Notes under the pieces: generated by a model
Told to the model about the DNA's origin: nothing
Database searches by the model: none
What the model saw: the letters and a program-made list of their open reading frames with translations, nothing else
Part shown: one piece after another, positions 9,732-19,546 of the stretch
Numbering within the stretch: position 1 is the stretch's first letter
Layout of the letters: each line of letters begins with the position of its first letter
Position numbers and translations under genes: made by a program
NCBI GenBank assembly: GCA_965217585.1
Contig: OZ244561.1
Coordinates: 4,960,001-5,024,000 of the forward strand
Direction: 5' to 3'
Length of the DNA stretch: 64,000 nt
DNA from: Candidatus Latescibacterota bacterium
GTDB lineage: Bacteria; Latescibacterota; UBA2968; UBA8231

Positions 9732-10097
9732 CTAGGCCTCTTGCTCTTGATCGGCTGGTTCGGCTGGTTCAACTGGCGTAGCGGCCGCGTTCTTGCGTCG
9801 GCGCTTGGGCTTGTCGCGGGAGAGGGCGTCGTCGCGCACCCGGCCCTCCGCACCCTTCCAGCGGGCCAATATCCCTTGGCTGTCGAAGAGGTTGGCGACG
9901 GTCTCGCTCATCTGTGCGCCTTTATTGAGCCACTCTATGGCGCGCTCTTCGTCGATTGTAACTCTGGCGTGCAGGGGGTCGTAGAGACCCACCTCCGCGA
10001 TGGCGCGGCCATTGCGGGCGACGCTGAAGTGGGTGGCGACGATCCGGTAGTAAGGCTGTTTGCTTTTGCCTATTCTCTTAAGGCGAAGTTTGACCAA
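9732..10097 (-). CDS. rpsP: 30S ribosomal protein S16
   Basis: TTG start after AAGGAG; VKLRLKRIGKSKQPYYRIV, GLYDP, WLNKGAQMSETV. Confidence 0.96.
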   Translation of the reverse strand: MVKLRLKRIGKSKQPYYRIVATHFSVARNGRAIAEVGLYDPLHARVTIDEERAIEWLNKGAQMSETVANLFDSQGILARWKGAEGRVRDDALSRDKPKRRRKNAAATPVEPAEPADQEQEA

Positions 10098-10122
10098 TGC
10101 TATTCTCCTTGGCGAAGGATGC

Positions 10123-11451
10123 CTAGCCCACAAGGGGCATTCTTATCTTCGAGCGGCCGCCTTTGGCGCGGCCCATCTGCCTGATCATTTTCTGCATCAT
10201 CTGAAATTGCTTGACTAGCTGGTTCACATCTTGGACGGTCGTGCCGCTGCCACGGGCGATGCGCTTGCGACGGCTGCCGTTGAGAATTTTGGGTTGGACG
10301 CGCTCTTGGCGAGTCATGGAGTTGATGATGGCCTCGACCTGGGTGAACGCGCCGTCGTCGAGCTGCATGTTCTTGGCGGCCTTACCGCCTCCAGGAATCA
10401 TGCCCATGAGCTGGTCGAGAGGCCCCATGCGGCGCACCGCTTGCAACTGCGAGAGAAAATCCTCAAAAGTGAAAGAGGCCCGGCGGAGCTTTTCTTCTAG
10501 CTGTTTGGCCTTGTCGCGCTCCATGGCCTGCTCGGCCCTTTCCACGAGCGAGACAATGTCGCCCATCCCGAGGATCCGGGAGGCCATGCGGTCGGGATGA
10601 AAAGGCTCTAGGTCTTCGATTTTCTCGCCGGTGCCGACGAATTTGATCGGCCGGCCGGTGACGGCGCGGACCGACAGCGCGGCCCCACCGCGGGCATCGC
10701 TGTCGAGCTTGGTCAGGGCACAGCCGGTAAACGCGAGGCGCTGGTTAAAGCGGGCGGCGGTTTCCACGGCGTCTTGGCCCTGCATGCTGTCGGCGACAAA
10801 GAGGATCTCGTGCGGCTCAACGGCCTGCTGGATGCGATCCAACTCGTCCATCATCTCTTCGTCGATGCTCAGGCGGCCCGCCGTGTCTATGAGCGCGACG
10901 CTGCGATGAGTCTGGCGGGCTTGGTCGATGCCACGGCGGCAGATGGCGACCGGATCAACGCCCGCAGGTTGGCTGAAGACGGGTACGTCGATAGAGACCC
11001 CCAGCGATTGGAGCTGGGCTACGGCGGCCGGGCGATATACGTCGGCGGCGATCAACAGCGGTGGCCGCCCTCTTTCCTTGAACTGGCGGGCCAGCTTGGC
11101 GGCCATAGTCGTCTTGCCACAGCCCTGCAGACCGACGAGCATGACGACGGTGGGGGGGTGCTCGGCGAGGTTGGGTGGGCTGTTGCTGCCCCCCAGCAAG
11201 GCGACGAGCTCGCTGTGGACGATTTTGACTAGCTGCTGGCCCGGGGTCAGGCTCTTGAGGACGTCTTGGCCGAGGGCCTGCTCTTTGACCCGCTGAATAA
11301 AGTCCTTGGCGACCTTGAAGTTGACGTCGGCTTCGAGCAGAGAGCGGCGAATCTGGCGCAGGGTATCGTCGATGTTGCGCTCGGTGATACGCCCCTGCCC
11401 GCGGAGCGAGCGGAAGAGGTCGTCAAAGCGTTCGCTGAGTCGGTCAAACAT
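10123..11451 (-). CDS. ffh: Signal recognition particle protein Ffh
   Basis: LLEADV, GLQGCGKTT, DTAGRL, TKLDSDARGG, FHPDRMASRILGMGD, M domain. Confidence 0.97.
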   Translation of the reverse strand: MFDRLSERFDDLFRSLRGQGRITERNIDDTLRQIRRSLLEADVNFKVAKDFIQRVKEQALGQDVLKSLTPGQQLVKIVHSELVALLGGSNSPPNLAEHPPTVVMLVGLQGCGKTTMAAKLARQFKERGRPPLLIAADVYRPAAVAQLQSLGVSIDVPVFSQPAGVDPVAICRRGIDQARQTHRSVALIDTAGRLSIDEEMMDELDRIQQAVEPHEILFVADSMQGQDAVETAARFNQRLAFTGCALTKLDSDARGGAALSVRAVTGRPIKFVGTGEKIEDLEPFHPDRMASRILGMGDIVSLVERAEQAMERDKAKQLEEKLRRASFTFEDFLSQLQAVRRMGPLDQLMGMIPGGGKAAKNMQLDDGAFTQVEAIINSMTRQERVQPKILNGSRRKRIARGSGTTVQDVNQLVKQFQMMQKMIRQMGRAKGGRSKIRMPLVG

Positions 11452-11530
11452 GGGCCGATGCGTCGAGTGGTAGAATGGGACAAAGAAGCTAAAATATAAA
11501 TTAATATATAGATATGGCAACAGAAGCAGG

Positions 11531-12181
11531 TCAGCCGCGCAGGTCGGCGATAACGCGGGCAGGGTCTTGAGCGCCGAAGACGGCTGACCCAGCCACTAAG
11601 CTCTGGGCGCCGGCTTGGCGGCAGGCGGCCGCGTTGCCGGGATGGACCCCGCCGTCGATGCCGACGGGTATGTCTAGCCCACGACGCGCGATTTCCGCGC
11701 ACAGGTCGTGAATTTTGTCAAGGGCTGCGGGCTGGAAGACTTGGCCGCCAAATCCTGGCTCCACGGACATGACCAAGGCCGAGTCGAGCTCGTCGAGATA
11801 GGGGTAGAGGGCGGAGACGGGCGTGCTTGGATTGACCGCGAGGCCGCATTGGAGACCGTGCTGACGAATGGCGTCGAGTACGGTCGGAAGGTCGGATTCG
11901 ATTTCCACGTGGACCACGAGCGAGTCCGCGCCCGTCTCTTTGAAGGGGCCGATAAAGGGCAAGGGATCTTGCAACATCAGGTGCGTGTTGAGTTCGAGAC
12001 GGGTGGTTTGGCGCACGGCCGCGACGACCGGTAGCCCAAAGCTGATGTTGGGGACGAAGTGCCCGTCCATTACGTCGAGATGAAGAAAGTCAGCTCCTCC
12101 GCGTTCGACGCGTTCGATGTCCTCGGCTAGGCGGGCGAAGTCGGCGGCCAAGAGGGAAGGGCCGATGCGCGTGGCGTTCAT
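11531..12181 (-). CDS. rpe: Ribulose-phosphate 3-epimerase
   Basis: PSLLAADF, HLDVMDGHFVPN, MSVEPGFGGQ, DGGV, VAGSAVF. Confidence 0.96.
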   Translation of the reverse strand: MNATRIGPSLLAADFARLAEDIERVERGGADFLHLDVMDGHFVPNISFGLPVVAAVRQTTRLELNTHLMLQDPLPFIGPFKETGADSLVVHVEIESDLPTVLDAIRQHGLQCGLAVNPSTPVSALYPYLDELDSALVMSVEPGFGGQVFQPAALDKIHDLCAEIARRGLDIPVGIDGGVHPGNAAACRQAGAQSLVAGSAVFGAQDPARVIADLRG

Positions 12182-12951
12182 GGTTCCTCCCAGTTGTCGA
12201 AGGCGTCCGGTTCCGGGGGCGGTGGTGCGGCGCTGACGACGAGGTCGATGCGGCTGCGGCGCGGGATGCGCTGCTCGCTCATAGGTGCTTGCGCCAAGAC
12301 CGTGCCGACGGGTTTTTGCGCGTCAATGCGCTTGGCGATGTGGCCGATGCGCAATTCGTATTTGCGCAAGGTGTCCTCTACAACCCCGATGGACAGGCCG
12401 ATTAGATGCGGGACGCGCTTGAGGGCCGCGGACGGGCCGTTGCTAATCTGTAAGTCAATCGCGCTGCCGCGGGCGAGTTGGGCACCCGGGGGGGGCGACT
12501 GCCCGACGACAGCGCCCTCGGGGAGGGCATCTGAGGAGCGGTAGAGGATTTGGCCGATCTTTAGCTGGTTTCCCTCTAGTTGCAAACGCGCCTCGCGGAG
12601 GCTGACGCGGCGCACGTCGGGAACCTCGTAGTAGCGCGGCCCTTTGCTCACGGTCAAGACGATGCGCCGCCCCTTTTTGACCAATTGCCCAACACTTGGA
12701 TTTTGATCGACGACCGCGTCGGCTGGGATGGTCTCGTGGTGCAGCGAATCACCGATGGTCATCTTCAGCCCCTCTTCCCCGAGGCGGGCGGATGCTTCGG
12801 GCGCAAAAATGCCTTGGAGGTCGGGTACTTGGACGCTGGGCGTGTCAACGACGTAAGGCATGATGATCTCGTCGAGCAGGACGAGGGCGATGATGCCAGC
12901 GAGGAGTGCGGCCGCCGCGAGCAGGCCCAATTGGTGGAGGATGTTTTTCAC
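12178..12951 (-). CDS. Membrane-anchored protein with three PASTA domains (no kinase domain)
   Basis: TM helix followed by VPDL/VPDV/VPHL...Q.P..G repeats; GTG start uncertain. Confidence 0.85.
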   Translation of the reverse strand: MKNILHQLGLLAAAALLAGIIALVLLDEIIMPYVVDTPSVQVPDLQGIFAPEASARLGEEGLKMTIGDSLHHETIPADAVVDQNPSVGQLVKKGRRIVLTVSKGPRYYEVPDVRRVSLREARLQLEGNQLKIGQILYRSSDALPEGAVVGQSPPPGAQLARGSAIDLQISNGPSAALKRVPHLIGLSIGVVEDTLRKYELRIGHIAKRIDAQKPVGTVLAQAPMSEQRIPRRSRIDLVVSAAPPPPEPDAFDNWEEP

Positions 12952-12958
12952 GATGCGA

Positions 12959-13023
12959 AACGCTTTATCCGCTGACCCGAAGGGGCAGTGCAACGCTTTA
13001 TCCGCCGACCGAAGGGTCGGTGC
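12959..13023. repeat. Tandem ~33-bp hairpin-containing repeat over the rsmB 3' end
   Basis: AACGCTTTATCCGCTGACCCGAAGGGGCAGTGC then AACGCTTTATCCGCCGACCGAAGGGTCGGTGC; second copy has perfect stem CCGACC-GAAG-GGTCGG. Confidence 0.8.
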
Positions 13024-14329
13024 CTTTGCGGATGCGCGCGGCAAAACTGCCGTCGCCGGCGTGTTGGCCCGGTATGGTCAATACATAGCGGCCGGCCCAA
13101 GGCTGGGCGGGAAAGTGGGCATCGGCGTGCTCCAGCCGCGCGGTTGGGGTCTGCTTTAAGAAGCGCTCGACAACGGCCTCGTTTTCCTCTTCCTCTAAGC
13201 TACAGGTGCTATACACCAAGATACCACCGGGCCGCAGGTGCTCATAAGCGCGTTGGATGAGCACCTGTTGCCGCGCCGTCAATGCCGCAAATTCGGCGGG
13301 TTTACGCCGCCAGCGGGCGTCCGGTCGCCGCCCCAGTACGCCGGTAGCACTGCAGGGCACATCGGCGAGGACTCGGTCGAAGGTGCCGCACCCAGAGGTT
13401 GTGCCGTCGCGGGCTACTGGGCGGATGGAGCGCAGGCGCAGGCGCCGGGCGTTTTCGCGCACTCGATCCAGCCGCGGCAGCGAAATGTCGGCGGCTACGA
13501 CCCAGCCGCGGTCGGTCATGGCGATGGCGGCTTGCACGGCCTTGCCGCCGGGCGCGCTGCACAGGTCGAGCAAGCGTTCGCCTGGCTGCGGGTCGAGCAG
13601 GGCCACGGCCAAGCCGGCGTTGGGGTCTTGGACCTGAAACTGCCCCTGCTGGTAGGCGCGTGAGGCAAAGAGATCCGCGCCGTTTGCCGCTCGGTAAAAG
13701 CCCGGCCTCGACCCGACCGGTGCTAAGTCGAGTTCGGCGGCCAGCTCGCGACTGGCGCGCAGCGGATTGAGGTAGATGTTGAGTGCGGCGGGCTGGTTGT
13801 TGGCTATGAGCAAATGCTCGGCGATTTCGCGGCCCCAGCGGCCGACCCAGCGTTCGACCAACCACTCGGGATGGGAGTGGTACACCGCTAGGTAGCGCGT
13901 CGGGGTCTGCTGCTGATCGGGATAGCGCACCCGCGCACGTTGCCGCAACAAGTTGCGGAGCACGGCGTTGACCAGTGAGGCTATGCCTTGGTGCGTCAAG
14001 TGCTTGGCTAGCTCGACCGAAGTATGGACGGCCGCGGAATGGGGCACGCGGTCGAGCCAGAAGAGTTGATAGGTCCCGAGGCGCAGGATGTGGCGGGCCC
14101 AGGGCGAGAGTTGGGCGACCGGGCGCGCACAGCAGGTGGCGATGATCCAATCGAGCCGCTTCTGCCACCGCACCGCACCGAGGACTAGCTGGCGGGCGAA
14201 ACGCACGTCGCGGTTGGTCGGCAAGCTCGCGTCGAGGGCTTGCAGCAGTTGGTCGAAAGGCTGGGCCTGCTGCTCTAGGTCGTGGAGGAGGCGAGCAGCC
14301 GCAAGGCGGGCTGGGTCGGGAGGGCGCAC
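12998..14329 (-). CDS. rsmB: 16S rRNA m5C967 methyltransferase RsmB/Sun
   Basis: NusB-like N-terminus, YHSHPEWL, DLCSAPGGK, DVPCSATG, VYSTCS..EENE. Confidence 0.94.
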   Translation of the reverse strand: MRPPDPARLAAARLLHDLEQQAQPFDQLLQALDASLPTNRDVRFARQLVLGAVRWQKRLDWIIATCCARPVAQLSPWARHILRLGTYQLFWLDRVPHSAAVHTSVELAKHLTHQGIASLVNAVLRNLLRQRARVRYPDQQQTPTRYLAVYHSHPEWLVERWVGRWGREIAEHLLIANNQPAALNIYLNPLRASRELAAELDLAPVGSRPGFYRAANGADLFASRAYQQGQFQVQDPNAGLAVALLDPQPGERLLDLCSAPGGKAVQAAIAMTDRGWVVAADISLPRLDRVRENARRLRLRSIRPVARDGTTSGCGTFDRVLADVPCSATGVLGRRPDARWRRKPAEFAALTARQQVLIQRAYEHLRPGGILVYSTCSLEEEENEAVVERFLKQTPTARLEHADAHFPAQPWAGRYVLTIPGQHAGDGSFAARIRKGTDPSVGG

Positions 14330-14332
14330 GGC

Positions 14333-15541
14333 TCAGCGCAAGAGGAGCATGGTGCGGTGCAGCTCGGCCGAATCCGTCCGCAGGCGGTAGATGTAGAGGC
14401 CGCTGGCCGCGGGTGCGCCGGTTGCCGACTGGCTATCCCAGTGGACCACATGCCGCCCCGAGGGCGTGCTCGCCGCAAAGGGCGTGGCCACCTTTTGACC
14501 CATTAGGTTGAAGATGTCGATTTGGGCAAAGCGAGGCCCTCCCGCGGGGATGGCGAAGGGGATAGAGGTGCCGGCGTTAAAGGGATTGGGGTAGTTCGCC
14601 GCGAGGGTGAGTTCGCGCGGCAAAGCGAGGCCGGACGGCTCTGAGATGGAAGTGGAAATGCCCCCCCATACTACTTGGCTTTCTGCACACGAGCCTTCGG
14701 CGCAGGTATTGAAAACGAGCGTGGTCTCCTGTTCGGCGTCGAGGAGCAGGTAGGTCTGGCCGCGCTCGTCGCTGGTGGTCGTCACCTGCTGGGCCGCGCC
14801 GGCCGGGATGAGGATGGCCTCGCCGTTGACGAACGCATATACCGGGCCTGCGCCGGAGTTGGCAATGTCCCAAGTAAAGGCCGCGCCAGCGCGGAAGTGC
14901 CCAGCCTGCAAGAGGCGCGCTGACACGAGGATTTCGCCTGCACTGGCGTCGGCCAAGCCGCCGGTAGCGGTCGCAGAAAGGGAGTGGTTTTGCCCGGCCG
15001 AGCGGAAGAAGATACCTTCCGGCAAAGCCTGCCCCTCGGCGTCGCAGTAATTGCGCAAGAACGCGACTTGGGGGCGGATGTCGTCGCGCTCAGTAAAAGA
15101 AGGACCGAGCGACACCACGTCGAGGTAGATGTCTATGGGCGTGGTGGGGCTGATGGAGTCGGCCAAGGTGAACGCCATGTTCACAAGATGTCCCTCGCCC
15201 GCTATCCCAGCGCCGCCGAGGGTCGCTATGCCCCATTGGGCGGTCTGGCCTGCTATTTGCGGTGGTCCCGGGGTGACAAAGGAATTGGCCCTCGCCGTCT
15301 CGCCTAGCGCGCCCGTGATCGCGGCGATGGCGTCGGCCGGCTCCCAGCTAAACTCGAATTTGACTTGGCGCACGCTGCTCATGTTGCGCGCCGATACGCT
15401 GAACTCCACGGTGCTATTGGCTGCAAACCCGCAGAAGGGGCCTTCTTCGCCGATGAGGATTTCGGCTGCTGCGTTGGGGCCAGCGGCCGCGAGGCGGGGC
15501 AACGCAGCGACACTTAAGAGGGCTATATACCAGAGGAACAT
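14333..15541 (-). CDS. Secreted protein with cohesin-like beta-sandwich and C-terminal FlgD-Ig/sorting-type domain
   Basis: Signal peptide; C-terminus NYPNPFN..T.I.F.IP...IFNLMGQ.V...WD......ASGLYIYRL...MLLLR. Confidence 0.75.
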   Translation of the reverse strand: MFLWYIALLSVAALPRLAAAGPNAAAEILIGEEGPFCGFAANSTVEFSVSARNMSSVRQVKFEFSWEPADAIAAITGALGETARANSFVTPGPPQIAGQTAQWGIATLGGAGIAGEGHLVNMAFTLADSISPTTPIDIYLDVVSLGPSFTERDDIRPQVAFLRNYCDAEGQALPEGIFFRSAGQNHSLSATATGGLADASAGEILVSARLLQAGHFRAGAAFTWDIANSGAGPVYAFVNGEAILIPAGAAQQVTTTSDERGQTYLLLDAEQETTLVFNTCAEGSCAESQVVWGGISTSISEPSGLALPRELTLAANYPNPFNAGTSIPFAIPAGGPRFAQIDIFNLMGQKVATPFAASTPSGRHVVHWDSQSATGAPAASGLYIYRLRTDSAELHRTMLLLR

Positions 15542-15721
15542 GTAATTTTCCTGAGTGATTAAGTTCAAAAAGTACAGCGAACAAATGTACACAACACTAG
15601 CGTCTAGGCAAGCACGTCGGCTGCGCCTTGACCGAGTTTTGTCGCGTTTTATTATTGTCTAAGCCGATTGTCTAAGCCGAGTCATGCCAACCCCCATATA
15701 GGTGGATTATCTAAAATAATT

Positions 15722-17401
15722 ATGCGCCGTTACCCGGTCTGGAATGTCATCCGCGACGACCCGTACGATAGCTTAATTGATGCCCTACTCGCCGGCCGCG
15801 GTCTGACCCGCGCTGAGCTACAAGTCGGCCCCGCAGCCCTGCATCCGCCCGAGCAAATGCAGGACATGTCAACGGCGGTTGCGCGCCTAGAACGCGCCGT
15901 GCGCATCCGCGAGAAGATCGTCGTGTACGGCGACTACGACGTCGACGGGGTTTGCAGCACCACCGTGCTGATGGATTTTCTCGAGCACGTGGGTGCCGAC
16001 TGCGACTGCCTCTTGCCCGATCGCCACAAGGACGGGTACGGCCTCAAGCCGCCCGGGGTCGAGCACGCCATAGCAAAGGGTGCGCGCGTCATCGTCACGG
16101 TTGACAATGGCATTTCAGCCTATGATGCCCTAGAGCTGGCCGCGGTGCGCGGCGTGGAGGTCGTAGTAGTCGATCATCACCAGCAACTCGCCGAACTGCC
16201 GCGCGCCCTTGCCATCGTCAACCCCAATCGCCGCGATTGCGCGTATCCTTTCAAGGATTTGGCCGGCGTCGGCGTCACCTTCAAGCTGGTGCAGGCCCTC
16301 AGCGAAGCCTTTCTCACCGGCGAGGAGCGCCGCCGCTATCTCAACGAATTGCTCGATCTCGTGGCCTTGGGGACGGTGGCCGATCTCGTGCCTGTGCTAG
16401 GGGAGAATCGCCTATTCATTCAGCGCGGCCTGCAGATCCTCCAGCGCACCAATCGCCTCGGGCTGCGCGCACTCAAGAGGGTGGCTAGCTACCGAGACCA
16501 GCCCCTCGATGCCGCCAGCTTGAGCTTTCGCTTGGGGCCGCGGATCAATGTCGCTGGCCGCTTGAAGACGCCCGATATAGCGCTGCGGCTTTTGCGCTCC
16601 GAAAACGAGGGGGAGGCCGCGCAGTTGGCCGACGAACTCAACAAGCTCAACTCCCAGCGGCAGGCTTGGCAGCGCGACGGCATACGAGAGGTCGAGGAAC
16701 AGGTCGGCCCGGAAGAGCACGTGGAGGACCACATCATCGTGGTGCTGGGGGAATGGAATGTGGGGATCGTCGGCCTGTTGGCCAGCAAGTTGTGCGAAAA
16801 ATACGCCCGCCCCGCCGTCGTGTGTACCCAAGGCGGCGACCAGGGCCTCTGCGTAGGCTCGGCCCGCAGCATCCCGTGCTACGACATCAGCGAGGGAATC
16901 CACGCCTGCGAAGAGTACTTGCAGACGCATGGTGGTCATCCGGCTGCTGCGGGTTTTTCGCTCGCGGCCGACGCCTTTGAGAGCTTTCGCCTCGCGCTGA
17001 TCGGGCACGCCAACGCCCACATTAATCCTGAGGCGCTGCAACCCGTCTTGGACATCGACCTGATGCTCAAGCCGGCCGATTTGACGCTGGATACAGTAGA
17101 GCAACTCGCCGCACTAGAGCCTTTTGGCAACGGACACCGGCGTCCGGTTTTTGTCCTAGAGGACTGTCGGGTCGTTTGGTCACGGCAGATCGGCACCGAC
17201 GGCCTCCACTTCAAGGCCGAATTGGAGGTGGAGGGCCGCCGTTGTACTGCGCTGTGGTGGAACCAAAAAGACCTCGCGGAAAAGGTGCAGCCGGGCGACC
17301 GGCTGAGCGCAGCTTTCGAGCTGGAGGCAGACACGTATACCGGCAACGGTGCCGTGCAGATGGTCATCAAGGACTTGTACTTGCGGGAGTCGGTGGCTTA
17401 G
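15722..17401 (+). CDS. recJ: Single-stranded-DNA-specific exonuclease RecJ
   Basis: YGDYDVDG, TVDNG, DHH, ALGTVAD, GPRINVAGR, GSARS, GGHPAAAG, LEPFGNG. Confidence 0.96.
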   Translation: MRRYPVWNVIRDDPYDSLIDALLAGRGLTRAELQVGPAALHPPEQMQDMSTAVARLERAVRIREKIVVYGDYDVDGVCSTTVLMDFLEHVGADCDCLLPDRHKDGYGLKPPGVEHAIAKGARVIVTVDNGISAYDALELAAVRGVEVVVVDHHQQLAELPRALAIVNPNRRDCAYPFKDLAGVGVTFKLVQALSEAFLTGEERRRYLNELLDLVALGTVADLVPVLGENRLFIQRGLQILQRTNRLGLRALKRVASYRDQPLDAASLSFRLGPRINVAGRLKTPDIALRLLRSENEGEAAQLADELNKLNSQRQAWQRDGIREVEEQVGPEEHVEDHIIVVLGEWNVGIVGLLASKLCEKYARPAVVCTQGGDQGLCVGSARSIPCYDISEGIHACEEYLQTHGGHPAAAGFSLAADAFESFRLALIGHANAHINPEALQPVLDIDLMLKPADLTLDTVEQLAALEPFGNGHRRPVFVLEDCRVVWSRQIGTDGLHFKAELEVEGRRCTALWWNQKDLAEKVQPGDRLSAAFELEADTYTGNGAVQMVIKDLYLRESVA

Positions 17402-17457
17402 GGTCAGAGGGGGCGGCTTCCCGTAGAATTGAACTTAACAAAATAGAGAATACCAAC

Positions 17458-18666
17458 ATGATAAGTTCCCAGTACACCAAGGATTTGTGCATCCGGGACA
17501 GCGACGCCAAAATCGTCCTGTTGGTCGTCGATGGCTTGGGCGGGTTGCCCCATCCCGCCACTGGCAAGTCCGAGCTGGAGACGGCCCGGTTGTCCAACTT
17601 AGACGCGCTGGCCAAGGGGGGCACCTGCGGCCTGAGTTCGCCTTTAGGGGCCGGCTTTACTCCGGGCAGCGGCCCGGCCCATTTGGCCCTCTTTGGCTAC
17701 GACCCTTGGCAGAGCCAAATCGGTCGCGGTGCCCTTTCGGCCCTCGGTTTGGGGTTGGACTTCGCCCGCGGCGACGTGGCGGCGCGCCTCAATTTTTGCA
17801 CGGTGGATGCTGCGGGTCGGGTGTGCGATCGCCGCGCCGGCCGCATCCCCACGGAAAAAGGCCGCCAGCTTTGCGAAGTGCTAAGAGCGATCGCAGTGCC
17901 TGGGGTGGAGGTGCAGGTCGCCGCCGAGATGGAATACCGCGCCGGCGTGGTGTTGCGCGGCGCGGGCTTGGGCGACCAAGTCTCGGATTCAGATCCGCAG
18001 GTGACGGGCGTACTGCCCAAGCCCCTGACGGCGCTCGCGCCGGGTTCCCAGCGCACCGTTGAAGTGGCAGATGCCTTTTTAGAGCAAGCCGCCGCATTGC
18101 TCGCTGACGAACACCCGGCCAACATGGTGTTGCTGCGGGGATTTGGTCGCTACCCAGAACTGGTGTCGATGGACGAGGCGTACGGGTTGAAAGCACTGGG
18201 CATTGCTGGGTATCCCATGTACCGCGGCGTGGCCGGGGCCGTGGGCATGGATGTCGAAGAGGTCGGCTGGGATCTCGCATCCGAGTTCGCCTTGCTCGAA
18301 AGCCGCTATGCGGACTACGACTTTTTCTACGTCCACGTAAAGAAGACCGACAGCGCGGGTGAGGACGGCGATTTCGACTTGAAGGTGCGGCTGTTAGAGG
18401 AGGTAGATACCTACATTCCGCGGTTGCTCGCGCTGCAACCCGAGGTGCTCATCGTCACCGGCGATCACTCGACCCCTTCGATTATGCGCAGCCACAGTTG
18501 GCATCCGGTGCCCACGGTCATAGCCAGCCAGTGGGCGTTGGCCGACGCCGCGGATGAATTCTCCGAGCGCGGTTGCAGTGCCGGCAGTCTCGGAATCGCG
18601 CCGGCGACCAGCTTGATGGCCCTCGCGTTGGCCCACGCGCGCCGGCTCGACAAATTCGGCGCTTGA
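17458..18666 (+). CDS. apgM: 2,3-BPG-independent phosphoglycerate mutase, archaeal-type
   Basis: DGLGG, PGSGPAHLALFGYDP, DRRAGRI, HVKKTDSAGEDG, TGDHSTP. Confidence 0.92.
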   Translation: MISSQYTKDLCIRDSDAKIVLLVVDGLGGLPHPATGKSELETARLSNLDALAKGGTCGLSSPLGAGFTPGSGPAHLALFGYDPWQSQIGRGALSALGLGLDFARGDVAARLNFCTVDAAGRVCDRRAGRIPTEKGRQLCEVLRAIAVPGVEVQVAAEMEYRAGVVLRGAGLGDQVSDSDPQVTGVLPKPLTALAPGSQRTVEVADAFLEQAAALLADEHPANMVLLRGFGRYPELVSMDEAYGLKALGIAGYPMYRGVAGAVGMDVEEVGWDLASEFALLESRYADYDFFYVHVKKTDSAGEDGDFDLKVRLLEEVDTYIPRLLALQPEVLIVTGDHSTPSIMRSHSWHPVPTVIASQWALADAADEFSERGCSAGSLGIAPATSLMALALAHARRLDKFGA

Positions 18667-18667
18667 G

Positions 18668-19516
18668 ATGATTACTCCCCTGCGCATTGCCCACCGTGGC
18701 GCATCCGGCCCAGGGCTGGCGCCCGAGAATACGTTGGCCGCTTGCGAAAAGGCCCTCCAGATCGGCGTCGATATACTCGAAATCGACGTACACGCCACCC
18801 GCGACGGTCAGATCGTGGTCTTGCACGACGCGGCGCTTGACCGGACTACCAACGGCACCGGGTTGGTCGCCGACCTCTTGGGTGAGGAAGTGCGCCAATT
18901 CGATGCTGGCCGCTGGTTTAGCGCTGATTTTGCCGACGAGCGCGTGCCCCTGCTCGAAGACGTGCTCGACTTAGCGAGGAATCAGGCCCTCGTGCTGATA
19001 GAGATCAAGGCCGATGGCATTGCCGAGCGCGTCCTGCAGGTAATTGAGGCGGCGAATGCGGCGGAGCGCGTCGTGGTGCAAGCGTTCAATCCGCAAACCG
19101 TCCAGCGGCTCAATTTGCTCGCCCCGACCCTGCCCACCGCGCTGTTGGTCGGCCAGTTGCCGACCACGCCCTCGCGGGTGCGTGCGCGCCGCCTCGTGCG
19201 TCAAGTGCTGCAAGTAGGGGCCAACGCGCTGGCGATGTGGTACGCGGCGCTGACCCCCCCCTTCCTCGAAGAGATGCGCAAGCGGGGTATTGCAGTCTGG
19301 GCTTGGACCGTTGACGAGGACATTGCAATGCGCGACTTGGCGACGATGGGGGTGCAAGGGATCATCACCAATCAGCCAGACCGGCTCAATCGAGTGCTCG
19401 ACGAACTGGTCGCCGACGGGCAACTGCGGCCGCCCTTGGGCCAGCGCGTCAAGCGCAGTCGCTGGGGTCGCCGCCGCCAATTGCGCAAGCTCAAGGCCGC
19501 CAAGAGGGATCGCTAA
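18668..19516 (+). CDS. Glycerophosphodiester phosphodiesterase (cytoplasmic) with basic C-terminal tail
   Basis: IAHRGAS..APENT, EIDV..T.DG..VVLHD, IEIK, AWTVD, GIITNQP. Confidence 0.9.
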   Translation: MITPLRIAHRGASGPGLAPENTLAACEKALQIGVDILEIDVHATRDGQIVVLHDAALDRTTNGTGLVADLLGEEVRQFDAGRWFSADFADERVPLLEDVLDLARNQALVLIEIKADGIAERVLQVIEAANAAERVVVQAFNPQTVQRLNLLAPTLPTALLVGQLPTTPSRVRARRLVRQVLQVGANALAMWYAALTPPFLEEMRKRGIAVWAWTVDEDIAMRDLATMGVQGIITNQPDRLNRVLDELVADGQLRPPLGQRVKRSRWGRRRQLRKLKAAKRDR

Positions 19517-19546
19517 AGACTCGGTAGAGCGGGGAGGAGGTCGCAG

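Noticed and set aside
12959-13023. Possible mini-CRISPR array
   Set aside because: Only two abutting units, no unique spacer and no cas genes.
13302-14168. Long alternative-frame and antisense ORFs (also 56201-57067, 57585-58478, 50266-51057 and others)
   Set aside because: Arg/Pro/Ala-rich shadow ORFs typical of high-GC DNA that overlap well-supported genes.
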